From positions 246,362 through 310,361 of the forward strand of contig CAVPUQ010000009.1 of the NCBI GenBank assembly GCA_963708985.1: 64,000 nucleotides of DNA, read 5' to 3'. The notes beneath the pieces are model-generated. The model saw only the letters and a program-made list of their open reading frames with translations, was not told where the DNA came from and ran no database searches. Positions 1 to 10,735 of the stretch are shown in pieces (position 1 is the stretch's first letter; each line of letters starts with the position of its first letter). Source of the DNA: an uncultured Actinomycetes bacterium. GTDB lineage: Bacteria; Actinomycetota; UBA4738; HRBIN12. Position numbers and translations under genes: made by a program.

Positions 1-2
1 CA

Positions 3-446
3 CGGAGTGCCGACCATCTCAACCACACGTCGCCGCTCGGGGTCGCCGCGCTCGGCGACGGGGACACCGCCGCCGTGCTCCTGCCGACCTCGACGCTGTT
101 CCTCCGCGCCCCGCCTCCCAACGTCATCGCGCTGCTCGAGTCGGGCGCGACCGTCGCGATCGCGACCGACTTCAACCCGGGCACCTCGCCGGTGCTCTCG
201 ATGCCCGAGGCCATCGCGACGGCCTGCTCGCTCTACGGCTTCACGCCTGCGCAGGCGCTCGTGGCGGCGACGGCGAACCCCGCGAAGGTGCTTGGGCTGG
301 AGACGACGCACGGTAGGCTTGCGCCCGGCGCGCGAGCGGACATCGTCGTACTGGACGGCGACGACTTCCGTCAGGTGCCCTACCGCCCCGGGCACGACCC
401 GGTGGTGCGGACCATCGTGGGAGGGAAGGTGGCATGGGAGCGATGA
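3..446 (+). CDS. hutI: Imidazolonepropionase, C-terminal part (5' end outside window)
   Basis: Frame open from nt 3 (SADHLNH...AVLLP); VAIATDFNPGTSP and GRLAPGARAD motifs of HutI amidohydrolases; hutU nearby. Confidence 0.9.
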   Translation, partial: RSADHLNHTSPLGVAALGDGDTAAVLLPTSTLFLRAPPPNVIALLESGATVAIATDFNPGTSPVLSMPEAIATACSLYGFTPAQALVAATANPAKVLGLETTHGRLAPGARADIVVLDGDDFRQVPYRPGHDPVVRTIVGGKVAWER

Positions 447-1603
447 GGAAGACGACCGCCACGGTGCTCGCGGCCGTCCTGCTCGCCGCAGCCCTCGCGG
501 GGACCGCTGCGGCGCAAGAGACCCAGGCCGTCACCCTCTCGGCCGCACCGGCGACGGTCAGGTACGGCCAGGACGTCACGCTGTTCGGATCGATCACCCC
601 GGCCACCGAGGGCGAGGCGATCGAGGTGCGCGACGCCGCGGACGCCCTCGTCGCCACGGCAACCACCGACACGACCGGCGCGTTCTCGACAACGATCGTC
701 CCCGAGCGGAACCGTACCCTCCACGCCGTCTGGCAGACCGTGGTGAGCGAGCCGGTGAGCGTGCAGGTCCGTGTGGTGGTGACCGTCCGCATGTCGCCCG
801 TTCGTCTGTTCGACACGGTTCGCGTGCGCGGCACCGTCTCGCCGGCTCTCCCCGGCGAGCAGGTCCAGGTCGCGCTGCTGCGGGCGGGGCGCGTGGTCCA
901 GACCGCCGCAGCGCCCATCGGAGCCTCGGGGGGGTTCGACGCCGAGGTCCGCGTGATGACGCCCGGGAGGTACCGGGCGCGTGCGACGTTCGACGACGCG
1001 GTACACCTGCCGGACTCGGCCGTGACCGCCGCCGACGACACGCCGCTGCCGGACCTGCGGTCCGGCTCACGGGGTGTCTTCGTGCTCCTGCTCGAGGAGC
1101 GCCTCGCCGAGCTCCACTACCGCATCCAGCCGGTGGACCGTCGGTACGACTACCGCACCGGCGACACGGTCGTCGCCTTCCGCAAGGTCCAGGGCATGGA
1201 CCGCGTGTTCACGGTGAACGCCGCCGTCTGGCGGGCACTCGCGGACCCGCGCATCCCGCGGCCGCGGGTGGCCACTCGAGCGTTCCACATCGAGGTCGAC
1301 CAGTCGCGCCAGGTCCTCTATACGGTCCAGGACCGGGTGATCACGAACGTGATCCACATCTCGACCGGCGCGGGGGGCGCCACGCACGACGGATCCTTCC
1401 GCGTGTACCGCAAGCTGGCTGGGTTCAGCCCCAACCACCTCTACTACCCGAGCTACTTCGACGGCCTCCGCGCGATCCACGGCTGGACCGAGGTGCCCAC
1501 GTACGCGGCCAGCCATGGCTGCGTCCGCGTGCCGTACTGGCACGCACAGTGGGTCTTCGGGCTCGCCGACGTCGGCACCCGGATCACGATCTACCACTCG
1601 TGA
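443..1603 (+). CDS. Secreted L,D-transpeptidase (YkuD domain) with Ig-like and peptidoglycan-binding domains
   Basis: Signal peptide MRKTTATVLAAVLLAAALA; PG-binding LRSGSRG..V..L; catalytic AIHG...SHGCVR; ATGA overlap with hutI stop. Confidence 0.88.
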   Translation: MRKTTATVLAAVLLAAALAGTAAAQETQAVTLSAAPATVRYGQDVTLFGSITPATEGEAIEVRDAADALVATATTDTTGAFSTTIVPERNRTLHAVWQTVVSEPVSVQVRVVVTVRMSPVRLFDTVRVRGTVSPALPGEQVQVALLRAGRVVQTAAAPIGASGGFDAEVRVMTPGRYRARATFDDAVHLPDSAVTAADDTPLPDLRSGSRGVFVLLLEERLAELHYRIQPVDRRYDYRTGDTVVAFRKVQGMDRVFTVNAAVWRALADPRIPRPRVATRAFHIEVDQSRQVLYTVQDRVITNVIHISTGAGGATHDGSFRVYRKLAGFSPNHLYYPSYFDGLRAIHGWTEVPTYAASHGCVRVPYWHAQWVFGLADVGTRITIYHS

Positions 1604-1753
1604 GCCGCCTCACCGCAACGGCTCGCCGAGCGCTCGCTCTGCGGCCTCGACGAGCGCGCCCGAGCGCACCGCCTCCGTGACCGCCCGGATGTCGGGACCC
1701 AGCTCGCGGTCGGCCTCGAGGAACGGTCCGGCTCTGAGGCGCGGCCCCTTCTC

Positions 1754-3406
<1,653 letters not shown>

Positions 3407-3480
3407 CGCGGCCACCTCCTCCACGATGATATCCCCAGGGGCTTGCGACCCCAGGGCGCACGCCGTAGCGTCGGCGCGAC

Positions 3481-4638
3481 ATGACCGTGATCCGGGTCCT
3501 GCTCGCCGACGACGACGACATGGTCCGAGAGGCGCTGGCCGAGGTCGTCCAGGCAGATCCGGATCTTGAGCTCGTGGCGCTGGCGGAGGACGCCGACGAG
3601 GCCATCGCGCGCGCCGGGGAGCAGCATCCGGACGTCGCCATCGTCGACATCCGGATGCCAGGCGGCGGCGGCCTCCGTGTGACGCGTGAGATGCCGGGGG
3701 TCTCACCGAGCACGAGGATCCTGGCGCACTCGGCGCTGTCCGACCACGCCACGGTCGTCCAGATGCTCGAGCTCGGGGCCGTGGGCTACCTGCTCAAGGG
3801 GACCCCGCCCTCGGAGATCCGCACGGCGGTCCGACGGGCGGCGGGCGGCCACGAGGCGCTGTCGCCGGAGGTGATGACCCTCCTCGTTCGCGACCTCGCG
3901 AGCCACCTCCATGGGCGCCAGGCCGCAGCCGCTGAGGCGGAGGAGCGGACCGCTCGGATCGAGCGGGCGATCGCGGGTGAGGGGTGGCACCTCGTCTACC
4001 AGCCGATCGTCGAGCTGAGCACCCGAGCCGTGGCCGGGGTCGAGGCGCTCGCGCGCTTCACGATGCCGCCCGAGCGGAACCCGCTCGAATGGTTCACGGA
4101 AGCGGCGGAACTCGGCCTCGGGGTCGAGTTCGAGCTCGCGGCGATCGAGGTGGCCCTGCGCGCCATGCGGCGGATCCCGGCGGACGCGTACCTCTCGGTG
4201 AACATGTCACACCGGACGGCGATGTCGCCCCGGTTGCCCGCACTGCTGGGAGGACACGAGCCCGAACGGGTCGTCATCGAGGTGACGGAGCACGAGCCCG
4301 TCGACGACTACGGGGACCTGGGGGCCGCGCTGAGGCGACTTCGGGTGCTCGGGATCCGCGTGGCGATCGACGACGCGGGAGCCGGGTTCGCGAGCCTGCG
4401 GCACATCCTGGACATCGGCCCCGACTTCATCAAGCTCGACGTGGGCCTCACGCGAGGCATCGACGTCGACGCGGGTCGCCGGGCGCTCGGCGCCGCGTTG
4501 ATCTCGTTCGCCGAGCAGATGGGGATGACGATCGTCGCCGAGGGCATCGAGACGCCGGCGGAGCTCGACATGCTTCGGGCGCTGGGCGCTCGGTTCGGGC
4601 AGGGCTTCTACCTGGGCAGACCCGCACCGCTCGCGTAG
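3481..4638 (+). CDS. Response regulator with REC and EAL (c-di-GMP phosphodiesterase) domains
   Basis: NarL-like REC (LADDD, DIRMP); [35 protein letters not shown]. Confidence 0.92.
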   Translation: MTVIRVLLADDDDMVREALAEVVQADPDLELVALAEDADEAIARAGEQHPDVAIVDIRMPGGGGLRVTREMPGVSPSTRILAHSALSDHATVVQMLELGAVGYLLKGTPPSEIRTAVRRAAGGHEALSPEVMTLLVRDLASHLHGRQAAAAEAEERTARIERAIAGEGWHLVYQPIVELSTRAVAGVEALARFTMPPERNPLEWFTEAAELGLGVEFELAAIEVALRAMRRIPADAYLSVNMSHRTAMSPRLPALLGGHEPERVVIEVTEHEPVDDYGDLGAALRRLRVLGIRVAIDDAGAGFASLRHILDIGPDFIKLDVGLTRGIDVDAGRRALGAALISFAEQMGMTIVAEGIETPAELDMLRALGARFGQGFYLGRPAPLA

Positions 4639-4639
4639 G

Positions 4640-5638
4640 TCACGACGTGCGGCGGTCCACCGCCCACGATGAACCCTCGCCCGCCTTCTTGGTGAACGAC
4701 TTCATCTCGGTGGCGACGGCGACGGCCTCGGCGTAGTGGGCGAACGTCCGGCGATCGGTCGTCGCGACGCCGATCGAGACCGTGACGAGGGGGAAGCGCT
4801 GGACCTCGCCGCGCCGGTTCGTCACCTCGATCTCGCCCCGCTCGCGATCCTCCGGATCGTAGAGCCGGACCATCTCGACATCGAAGCGCTCGACCACCCG
4901 TCCGGCGATCGCGGGAGCGAGCGCGGCATCGCAGACGATCACGAAGTCGTCGCCGCCCACGTGCCCGACGAACGAGTCCTTCCCAGCCAGGTCGAGGACG
5001 ACGTCCTGCAGGATCCGGGCCGTCGCCTGGATCACCAGGTCGCCTCGCATGAAGCCGTAGTGGTCGTTGTATGCCTTGAAGTTGTCGAGGTCGGCGTACA
5101 GGACCGCGAACGACGCCTTGGCCAAGCATCGCTGCTCGATCTCGTCGGCGATGCACACGTTGCCGGGGAGACCGGTGAGCGGGGATTGCGCTCGCATCTC
5201 GCGAGAGCGTCGCAGCGCCCCGCGGATGCGCGCGAGCAGCTCGGGCGTGTCGAAGGGCTTGACGATGTAGTCGTCGGCGCCGACCGCGAAGCCCTCGAGC
5301 TTGTCGGCCGAGAGCCCCCTCGCCGTGAGCATGATCACGCTCACGGAAGCCGTTCGGCTGTCCTGACGCAGGTGCCGCGTGAGCTCGAAACCGTCCATGT
5401 TCGGCATCATGACGTCGGCCAGCACGAGCTCGGGACACCGCTCGCGTGCGAGCTCCAGCGCGCGCGCGCCGTCCCCCGCGACACGCACGTCGTACCCGGC
5501 CGCCCGCAGCTCGATCTCGAGCAGGCGGGCGATGAACGGGTCATCGTCCACGACGAGGACCGACCCGCCGACGGGCAGATCGAACAGCCCGTCGCCGTCC
5601 CGGACCCCGGAGGGCATCACGGCGGTTTCCTGCTCCAT
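4640..5638 (-). CDS. Response regulator with REC and GGDEF (GGDDF variant) domains; start uncertain (5638-5656)
   Basis: REC VVDDD/DVMMP/KPF; LTGLPGN, DLDNFKAYNDHYG, GHVGGDDF. Confidence 0.9.
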   Translation of the reverse strand: MEQETAVMPSGVRDGDGLFDLPVGGSVLVVDDDPFIARLLEIELRAAGYDVRVAGDGARALELARERCPELVLADVMMPNMDGFELTRHLRQDSRTASVSVIMLTARGLSADKLEGFAVGADDYIVKPFDTPELLARIRGALRRSREMRAQSPLTGLPGNVCIADEIEQRCLAKASFAVLYADLDNFKAYNDHYGFMRGDLVIQATARILQDVVLDLAGKDSFVGHVGGDDFVIVCDAALAPAIAGRVVERFDVEMVRLYDPEDRERGEIEVTNRRGEVQRFPLVTVSIGVATTDRRTFAHYAEAVAVATEMKSFTKKAGEGSSWAVDRRTS

Positions 5639-5823
5639 CCCGATGGGCATCGGCACGGATCGGCCCGAGGTTGACGCTCACCGCGGAGGTTCCCGTCCGG
5701 TTCGCGGGCGCACGATGCCCCGGACCGCGGCAGGTCGTGCCCCATGACGACCCGTCCCCGGGCGCCGTCGAGCGCGCCCGGCCGCGGGTTCGTGGGACGA
5801 TAGGGCGCTCCCTGAGGAGGCGC

Positions 5824-7194
5824 ATGGAGGTTCTCGACTCGTTCCTCGACGCGGTGGGCGAGACACCGCTCGTCCGGCTCCGCTCGGTCGTGCGCGGGGT
5901 CCGGCCGACCGTGCTCGCGAAGCTGGAGATGCTGAACCCCGGAGGCAGCGTGAAGGACCGGATCGGCCTGCGCATGATCGAGGCCGCCGAGCGCGAGAAC
6001 CTCCTGAAGCCGGGCGGCACGATCGTCGAGCCGACCTCGGGGAACACCGGCCACGGGCTCGCGATCGCGGCGGCGATCCGCGGCTACAAGTGCATCTTCG
6101 TCATGCCCGACAAGATGAGCCAGGAGAAGATCGCGCTGCTGCGTGCCTACGGCGCCGAGGTGATCATCACGCCGACCGCCGTCCCACCCGACTCGCCCGA
6201 GTCCTACTACCGCGTCGCAGACCGCCTCACGGAGGAGATCCCCGGCGCCTTCCAGCCGAACCAGTACTTCAACCAGGAGAACCCGGCCGCGCACTACGAG
6301 ACGACAGGCCCCGAGATCTGGCGCCAGACCGATGGCCGCATCGACGTGTTCGTGTGTGGCGTCGGTACCGGCGGCACCATCACCGGTGCGGCGCGGTACC
6401 TGAAGGAGCAGAATCCCGGCATCCTCGTCATCGGGGCCGACCCCGAGGGTTCCATCTACTCGGGCGACGTCCACCCGTACCTGACCGAGGGCATCGGCGA
6501 GGACTTCTGGCCCGAGACGTTCGACCCCTCCCTCGTCGACCGGTGGGTGCGCGTCCCCGACGGCGACGCGTTCCGGATGGCTCGCCGGATCACGCGCGAG
6601 GAAGGCATCCTGGTGGGCGGTTCCTGCGGCACCGCCGTCGTGGCCGCGCTCGAGGTGGCGGCCGAGCTCGACGAGACGAAGACCGTGCTCGTGATCCTGC
6701 CCGACACCGGACGCAACTACCTCTCGAAGGTCTACTCCGAGCCCTGGCTGCTCCAGTACGGGCTGCTCGACCGACCGGAGGTCCTGCGCGTCGAGCAGGT
6801 GCTCTCCGCCAAGCGCGGCGAGGTACCGCCGCTCGTCACGATGAACGCCCGTAGCAAGGTGCGGCAGGCGATCGACGTGCTCCAGGAGTACGGCATCTCG
6901 CAGGCCCCGGTGATGCGTGAGCCGTCGGACGACGTGACCCAGGTCGTGGGCTCGATCCAGGAGCGGGCGCTCCTCGACCGCATCTTCCGCGACCCGGACG
7001 CCCTGCAAGCCGACGTCGCCGGGGTCATGGGCCCGCCGATCCCGATGGTCGAGTCCGGCGACCCGGTCGAGGTCGCGTTCGCCGAGCTCCAGCGCGCGCC
7101 CGCGGTGCTCGTCGCAAGCGCGGGGCGGGCCCTCGGCGTGCTCACCCGCAGCGACCTCCTCGAGTTCCTGGCGCACCGGCCGAGGACCGCGTAG
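5824..7194 (+). CDS. cbs: Cystathionine beta-synthase with C-terminal CBS pair
   Basis: NPGGSVKDR PLP lysine, EPTSGNTG, GTGGT, EGIG; C-terminal CBS domains; GAGGAGG RBS. Confidence 0.93.
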   Translation: MEVLDSFLDAVGETPLVRLRSVVRGVRPTVLAKLEMLNPGGSVKDRIGLRMIEAAERENLLKPGGTIVEPTSGNTGHGLAIAAAIRGYKCIFVMPDKMSQEKIALLRAYGAEVIITPTAVPPDSPESYYRVADRLTEEIPGAFQPNQYFNQENPAAHYETTGPEIWRQTDGRIDVFVCGVGTGGTITGAARYLKEQNPGILVIGADPEGSIYSGDVHPYLTEGIGEDFWPETFDPSLVDRWVRVPDGDAFRMARRITREEGILVGGSCGTAVVAALEVAAELDETKTVLVILPDTGRNYLSKVYSEPWLLQYGLLDRPEVLRVEQVLSAKRGEVPPLVTMNARSKVRQAIDVLQEYGISQAPVMREPSDDVTQVVGSIQERALLDRIFRDPDALQADVAGVMGPPIPMVESGDPVEVAFAELQRAPAVLVASAGRALGVLTRSDLLEFLAHRPRTA

Positions 7195-7201
7195 CCCGCC
7201 C

Positions 7202-8050
7202 GTGCGCGCGCTCGGCATCGACGTCGGGGTTCGCAAGGGACTCGACCTCGTCATGCTCGGTACCGACCGGGCGATCATCGACACGCACCGGCACGCGCGA
7301 CCCGAGGACCTGCCGCGCCTCGTCGAGGACCTCGGGCCGGACGTCGTCGCGATCGACGCGCCGCCGACCTGGGCGAGCTCGGGGCGCTCGCGCCTCACGG
7401 AGCGCGAGCTGCGGTGGTTCGGCATCCAGTGCTTCAACACGCCGAGCGACGAGCGCATGGCCGAGCACCCCTTCTTCGAGTGGATGACCGTCGGCTTCGC
7501 CGTGTTCGAAGCGATCGAGGCTCGGTTCCCCCGCTATCGAGGCGGCAAGGTGAACGGCACGGCGATCGAGGTCTTCCCCCACGCCTCGGCCGTCGTCCTC
7601 GCGGGATGCCTGCCGCCGAAGGGCATGTCGCCGCACGCGTGGCGCCGTCTGGTGCTGCACGAGCGCGGCGTCGACGCGGACTCCCTGCGCTCGGCCGATC
7701 AGGTGGACGCCGCGCTCGCCTCCCTCACCGGGCTGCTCGCGCTCGAGCGCAGGTTCAGCGCACCGGGCGACCCGCGCGAGGGTCAGATCGTCCTGCCGGC
7801 GGTTGCGCTACCCGCGCACCCGTTCCGCCGCGGCGAGCTGCCGAAGACGCACGACGATCAGCCGCCGCTGCCCGGTATGGGGCGCTGCGCCTGCGGGGAT
7901 CCCGAGTGCACGTCCCTCACGGCGCGCGAGTTCGCGCCGGGGCACGACGCGAAGCGCAAGTCCGCCCTGTGGCGACGGGCTCGCGCAGGCCACGAGGCGC
8001 TCGAGGAGCTGAAGGAGCGAGGATGGGCGATCCCTCCGGAGATGCGCTGA
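7202..8050 (+). CDS. DUF429-family (RNase H-like fold, predicted nuclease) with C-terminal Cys/His cluster
   Basis: GIDVG, VAIDAP, R.TERELR, IEVFPH, DQVDAALA; tail CACGDPEC...FAPGHDAK. Confidence 0.75.
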   Translation: MRALGIDVGVRKGLDLVMLGTDRAIIDTHRHARPEDLPRLVEDLGPDVVAIDAPPTWASSGRSRLTERELRWFGIQCFNTPSDERMAEHPFFEWMTVGFAVFEAIEARFPRYRGGKVNGTAIEVFPHASAVVLAGCLPPKGMSPHAWRRLVLHERGVDADSLRSADQVDAALASLTGLLALERRFSAPGDPREGQIVLPAVALPAHPFRRGELPKTHDDQPPLPGMGRCACGDPECTSLTAREFAPGHDAKRKSALWRRARAGHEALEELKERGWAIPPEMR

Positions 8051-9171
8051 GGTTCGAGACGCGGGCGATCCACGCCGGGCAGGAGCCCGACGTGCCCTTC
8101 GGCGCGGTGAACATCCCCATCTACCAGACCTCTACCTACGCCCAGCCTGCCGTCGGGAAGCCGAAGCGGTACGACTACGCGCGCGGCGGCAACCCTACAC
8201 GCGAGGCGTTCCAGACCGCGCTCGCATCGCTCGAAGGCGCGGCGCATGGCCTCGCGTTCTCCTCGGGCCTCGGCGCCGAGACGACGCTCCTGCTCACGCT
8301 CGCGCCCGGCGACCACGTCGTGCTCTCGAACGACGTCTACGGTGGGACCTATCGCCTCCTCGCGAACGTGCTCCACGGCTGGGGCCTCGCGTACGACATC
8401 GTCGACCTGACCGACCTCGAGGCGCTCCGCGCCGCCGTCCGACCGCGGACCAAGGTCGTCTGGGTCGAGACGCCGACCAACCCGCTCCTGAAGGTGATCG
8501 ACGTCGCGGCCGTCGCGGAGATCGCCCACGCCGCCGGCGCCCGCTGCGTCGTCGACAACACGTTCGCGACGCCCTACCTCCAACGCCCGCTCGAGCTCGG
8601 CGCCGACGTCGTCGTGCACTCGGTCACGAAGTACCTCGGCGGCCACTCCGACCTCGTGATGGGAGCGATCGTGACGAGCGATGACCCACTCGCCGATCGC
8701 CTCGCCTTCCTGCAGAACGCCCTCGGAGCCGTTCCCGGCCCGATGGACTGCTACCTCGCCCTGCGCGGCCTCAAGACCCTCGCCGTCCGGATGCGCGCCC
8801 ACTGCGAGGGCGCCCGCGCGGTCGCCGCTTCCCTCACGGCACACCGGAGGGTGACGAAGGTGTTCTACCCGGGCCTCCCCGATCACCCGGGTCACGACGT
8901 CGCAGCCCGTCAGATGGCCGACTTCGGTGGCATGGTCAGCTTCGAGGTCGCCACGAGAGACGAGGCCATCCGCGTGGCCGGGTCGACGAAGCTCTTCCTC
9001 CTCGCCGAGTCGCTGGGCGGCGTCGAGTCGCTTATCGAGGTTCCTGCCCCGATGACCCATGCGAGCGTGGCAGGGTCACCGCTCGCCGTTCCCGACACGT
9101 TGGTCCGTCTCTCGGTCGGCATCGAACACCCGAACGATCTCATCGCCGACCTCGCCCAAGCGCTCGGCTGA
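8023..9171 (+). CDS. Cystathionine gamma-synthase/gamma-lyase
   Basis: RFETRAIHAGQ, YARGGNPT, ETPTNP, DNTFATP, HSVTKYLGGHSD, ESLGGVESL. Confidence 0.93.
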   Translation: MGDPSGDALRFETRAIHAGQEPDVPFGAVNIPIYQTSTYAQPAVGKPKRYDYARGGNPTREAFQTALASLEGAAHGLAFSSGLGAETTLLLTLAPGDHVVLSNDVYGGTYRLLANVLHGWGLAYDIVDLTDLEALRAAVRPRTKVVWVETPTNPLLKVIDVAAVAEIAHAAGARCVVDNTFATPYLQRPLELGADVVVHSVTKYLGGHSDLVMGAIVTSDDPLADRLAFLQNALGAVPGPMDCYLALRGLKTLAVRMRAHCEGARAVAASLTAHRRVTKVFYPGLPDHPGHDVAARQMADFGGMVSFEVATRDEAIRVAGSTKLFLLAESLGGVESLIEVPAPMTHASVAGSPLAVPDTLVRLSVGIEHPNDLIADLAQALG

Positions 9172-9325
9172 CCCGACGAGGAACGACGCTCGGCAGGGGT
9201 CTCCGAGTCCGGCACCCCGCCAGGCGATGGCTCGACCGTCGGGGAGCGTGCGGGGGCCTCGGTGATCTCGAGCATCGGCGAACGCCACCCCACCCTCCCC
9301 ACCCGGCGGGCCTAGACTCGGGGCG

Positions 9326-9554
9326 ATGATCCGGCGCTCGCTCTTCGTCATCGGCGCTGGTCGCGCTCGAGATCGTGAGCACGACATCCGCGTTCGGCAG
9401 CTCTGTCACCCCGACGCCGAGCGGAACTTCGCCAACGCCCGGCCCGGCCACCGACGGCCGACTCTCGCCGGCCACGATCGTGATCGCCCTCGTCTTGGTC
9501 GGAGGGCTGTACCTCGCGCGCAAGCGGATGGATCGGGGCGCCCGCGGGCGCTAG
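9326..9554 (+). CDS. Small exported Ser/Thr/Pro-rich protein with C-terminal TM helix and basic tail (one indel near 9355)
   Basis: MIRRSLFVI then +1 frame ALVALEIVSTTSAFG-SSVTPTPSGTSPTPGP-IVIALVLVGGLYL-ARKRMDRGARGR*; TAGACT -10 seven nt upstream. Confidence 0.55.
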
Positions 9555-9715
9555 GCCTTCGGCCGCTTCAGGTACGCGACGAGGGACTGGCCGCCCATCG
9601 GCGTCGGCTGAGTCACGATCGCCACGAGCTCCCACCCGTCCTCACCGAACGTGTTGAGGATCTCGCCCGGGTTGTGCTCTAGGACGGGTGCGACGAAGTA
9701 CTCCCACTGCTGCAT
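9551..9715 (-). CDS. Small DUF4177-like protein (54 aa, below ORF-track cutoff)
   Basis: MQQWEY...ILNTFGEDGWELVAI...AYLKRPKA*. Confidence 0.8.
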   Translation of the reverse strand: MQQWEYFVAPVLEHNPGEILNTFGEDGWELVAIVTQPTPMGGQSLVAYLKRPKA

Positions 9716-9718
9716 GGC

Positions 9719-10156
9719 TCAGGCCTCCCGTTCGAGTCGTCGGTTCGTTGTCCGGATGCAGACCCCCATGATGACGGTCAGGCCGCCGTCCTCGGCGATG
9801 CGCCTAGCGTCCTCGTTCACGATGCCGTCCTGCAGCCACAGGACCTTGGCACCCACGTGCACCGCCTGCTTGGCGACGGGGGGCGTGTCGGCCGCGCGGC
9901 GGAAGACGTCGACGACGTCGATCCGCACGTCCTTCGGCACGTCGAGGAGCGAGGGGTACGCCTTCTCGCCGAGCACCTCGGTCTCGTTCGGGTTCACCGG
10001 GACGATCCGGTAGCCCTTCGACCGGAGATACTCGGCGACCTCGAACGAGTCCCGGAACGGGTTCGAGGACAGGCCGACCACGGCGATCGTCTCCGCATCG
10101 CCGAGGATCGATCGTAGCTCGACATCGCTCGGCCCGTACGCCTCGGGGAGGCTCAT
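9719..10156 (-). CDS. CoA-binding protein (YccU-like)
   Basis: TIAVVGLS, YRIVPVNP, DVVDVFR, LWLQDGI; ATGA overlap with upstream Nudix stop. Confidence 0.92.
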   Translation of the reverse strand: MSLPEAYGPSDVELRSILGDAETIAVVGLSSNPFRDSFEVAEYLRSKGYRIVPVNPNETEVLGEKAYPSLLDVPKDVRIDVVDVFRRAADTPPVAKQAVHVGAKVLWLQDGIVNEDARRIAEDGGLTVIMGVCIRTTNRRLEREA

Positions 10157-10725
10157 GCGGTCTCCTTCCGCAGGATCTCCAGCAGCTCGTGCAGCATGTG
10201 TCCCGTGGCGCCCCAGATCGTCTTGCGCTCGAGCTGGTAGGCCCAGCCCTTCCACCGGCGACCGTCGGGACGCTCCCGCTCCACGAGGGCCTCGACCTCG
10301 AGGAGCCGCCGGACGGGGAGCGTCCACACCTCGTCGAGCTCTCCGTCGCCGAGGGTCAACGCTGGGAGCGTGTCGAGGATGCCCACGAACGGCACGACGA
10401 GGATCTCGCTCACGGTGGTGTGGACGGGCGGGAGCGCGCCGAGCACCTCGGGCAGCGCAGGGTCCAGGCCGACCTCCTCCTTCGCTTCGCGCAGGGCGGT
10501 TGCAGCCAGGTCGTCGTCGAGCTCGTGAACGATGCCGCCGGGGAACGCGATCTGGCCGGCGTGACGAGGCAGCGCGTGGGAGCGCTGTCCGAACACGAGG
10601 GCGAGCTCCGGAGCCTCGACGAGCAGCGCCAGCACGGCCGCCAGGCGATCACCGGGCTCGGGCACGGGTGCCGGCGCGGGGTCAAGGGCGGCGCGCAGGC
10701 GCGCGCGGAGGTCGGCAGGGTACAT
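10153..10725 (-). CDS. CoA pyrophosphatase, NudL-like Nudix hydrolase
   Basis: AAVLALL, HAGQIAFPGG, ALREAKEEVG, IWGATG. Confidence 0.88.
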   Translation of the reverse strand: MYPADLRARLRAALDPAPAPVPEPGDRLAAVLALLVEAPELALVFGQRSHALPRHAGQIAFPGGIVHELDDDLAATALREAKEEVGLDPALPEVLGALPPVHTTVSEILVVPFVGILDTLPALTLGDGELDEVWTLPVRRLLEVEALVERERPDGRRWKGWAYQLERKTIWGATGHMLHELLEILRKETA

Positions 10726-10735
10726 TGCTCGGCCG

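Noticed and set aside
3433-3456. CCCCAGGG direct repeat between hutU and the EAL gene
   Set aside because: Two 8-mers in high-GC DNA that do not resemble a HutC operator I recognise; evidence is insufficient
4640-5200. Hypr-type (cGAMP-making) GGDEF
   Set aside because: The guanine-specifying Asn and Asp (YNDHYG..RGD) are retained
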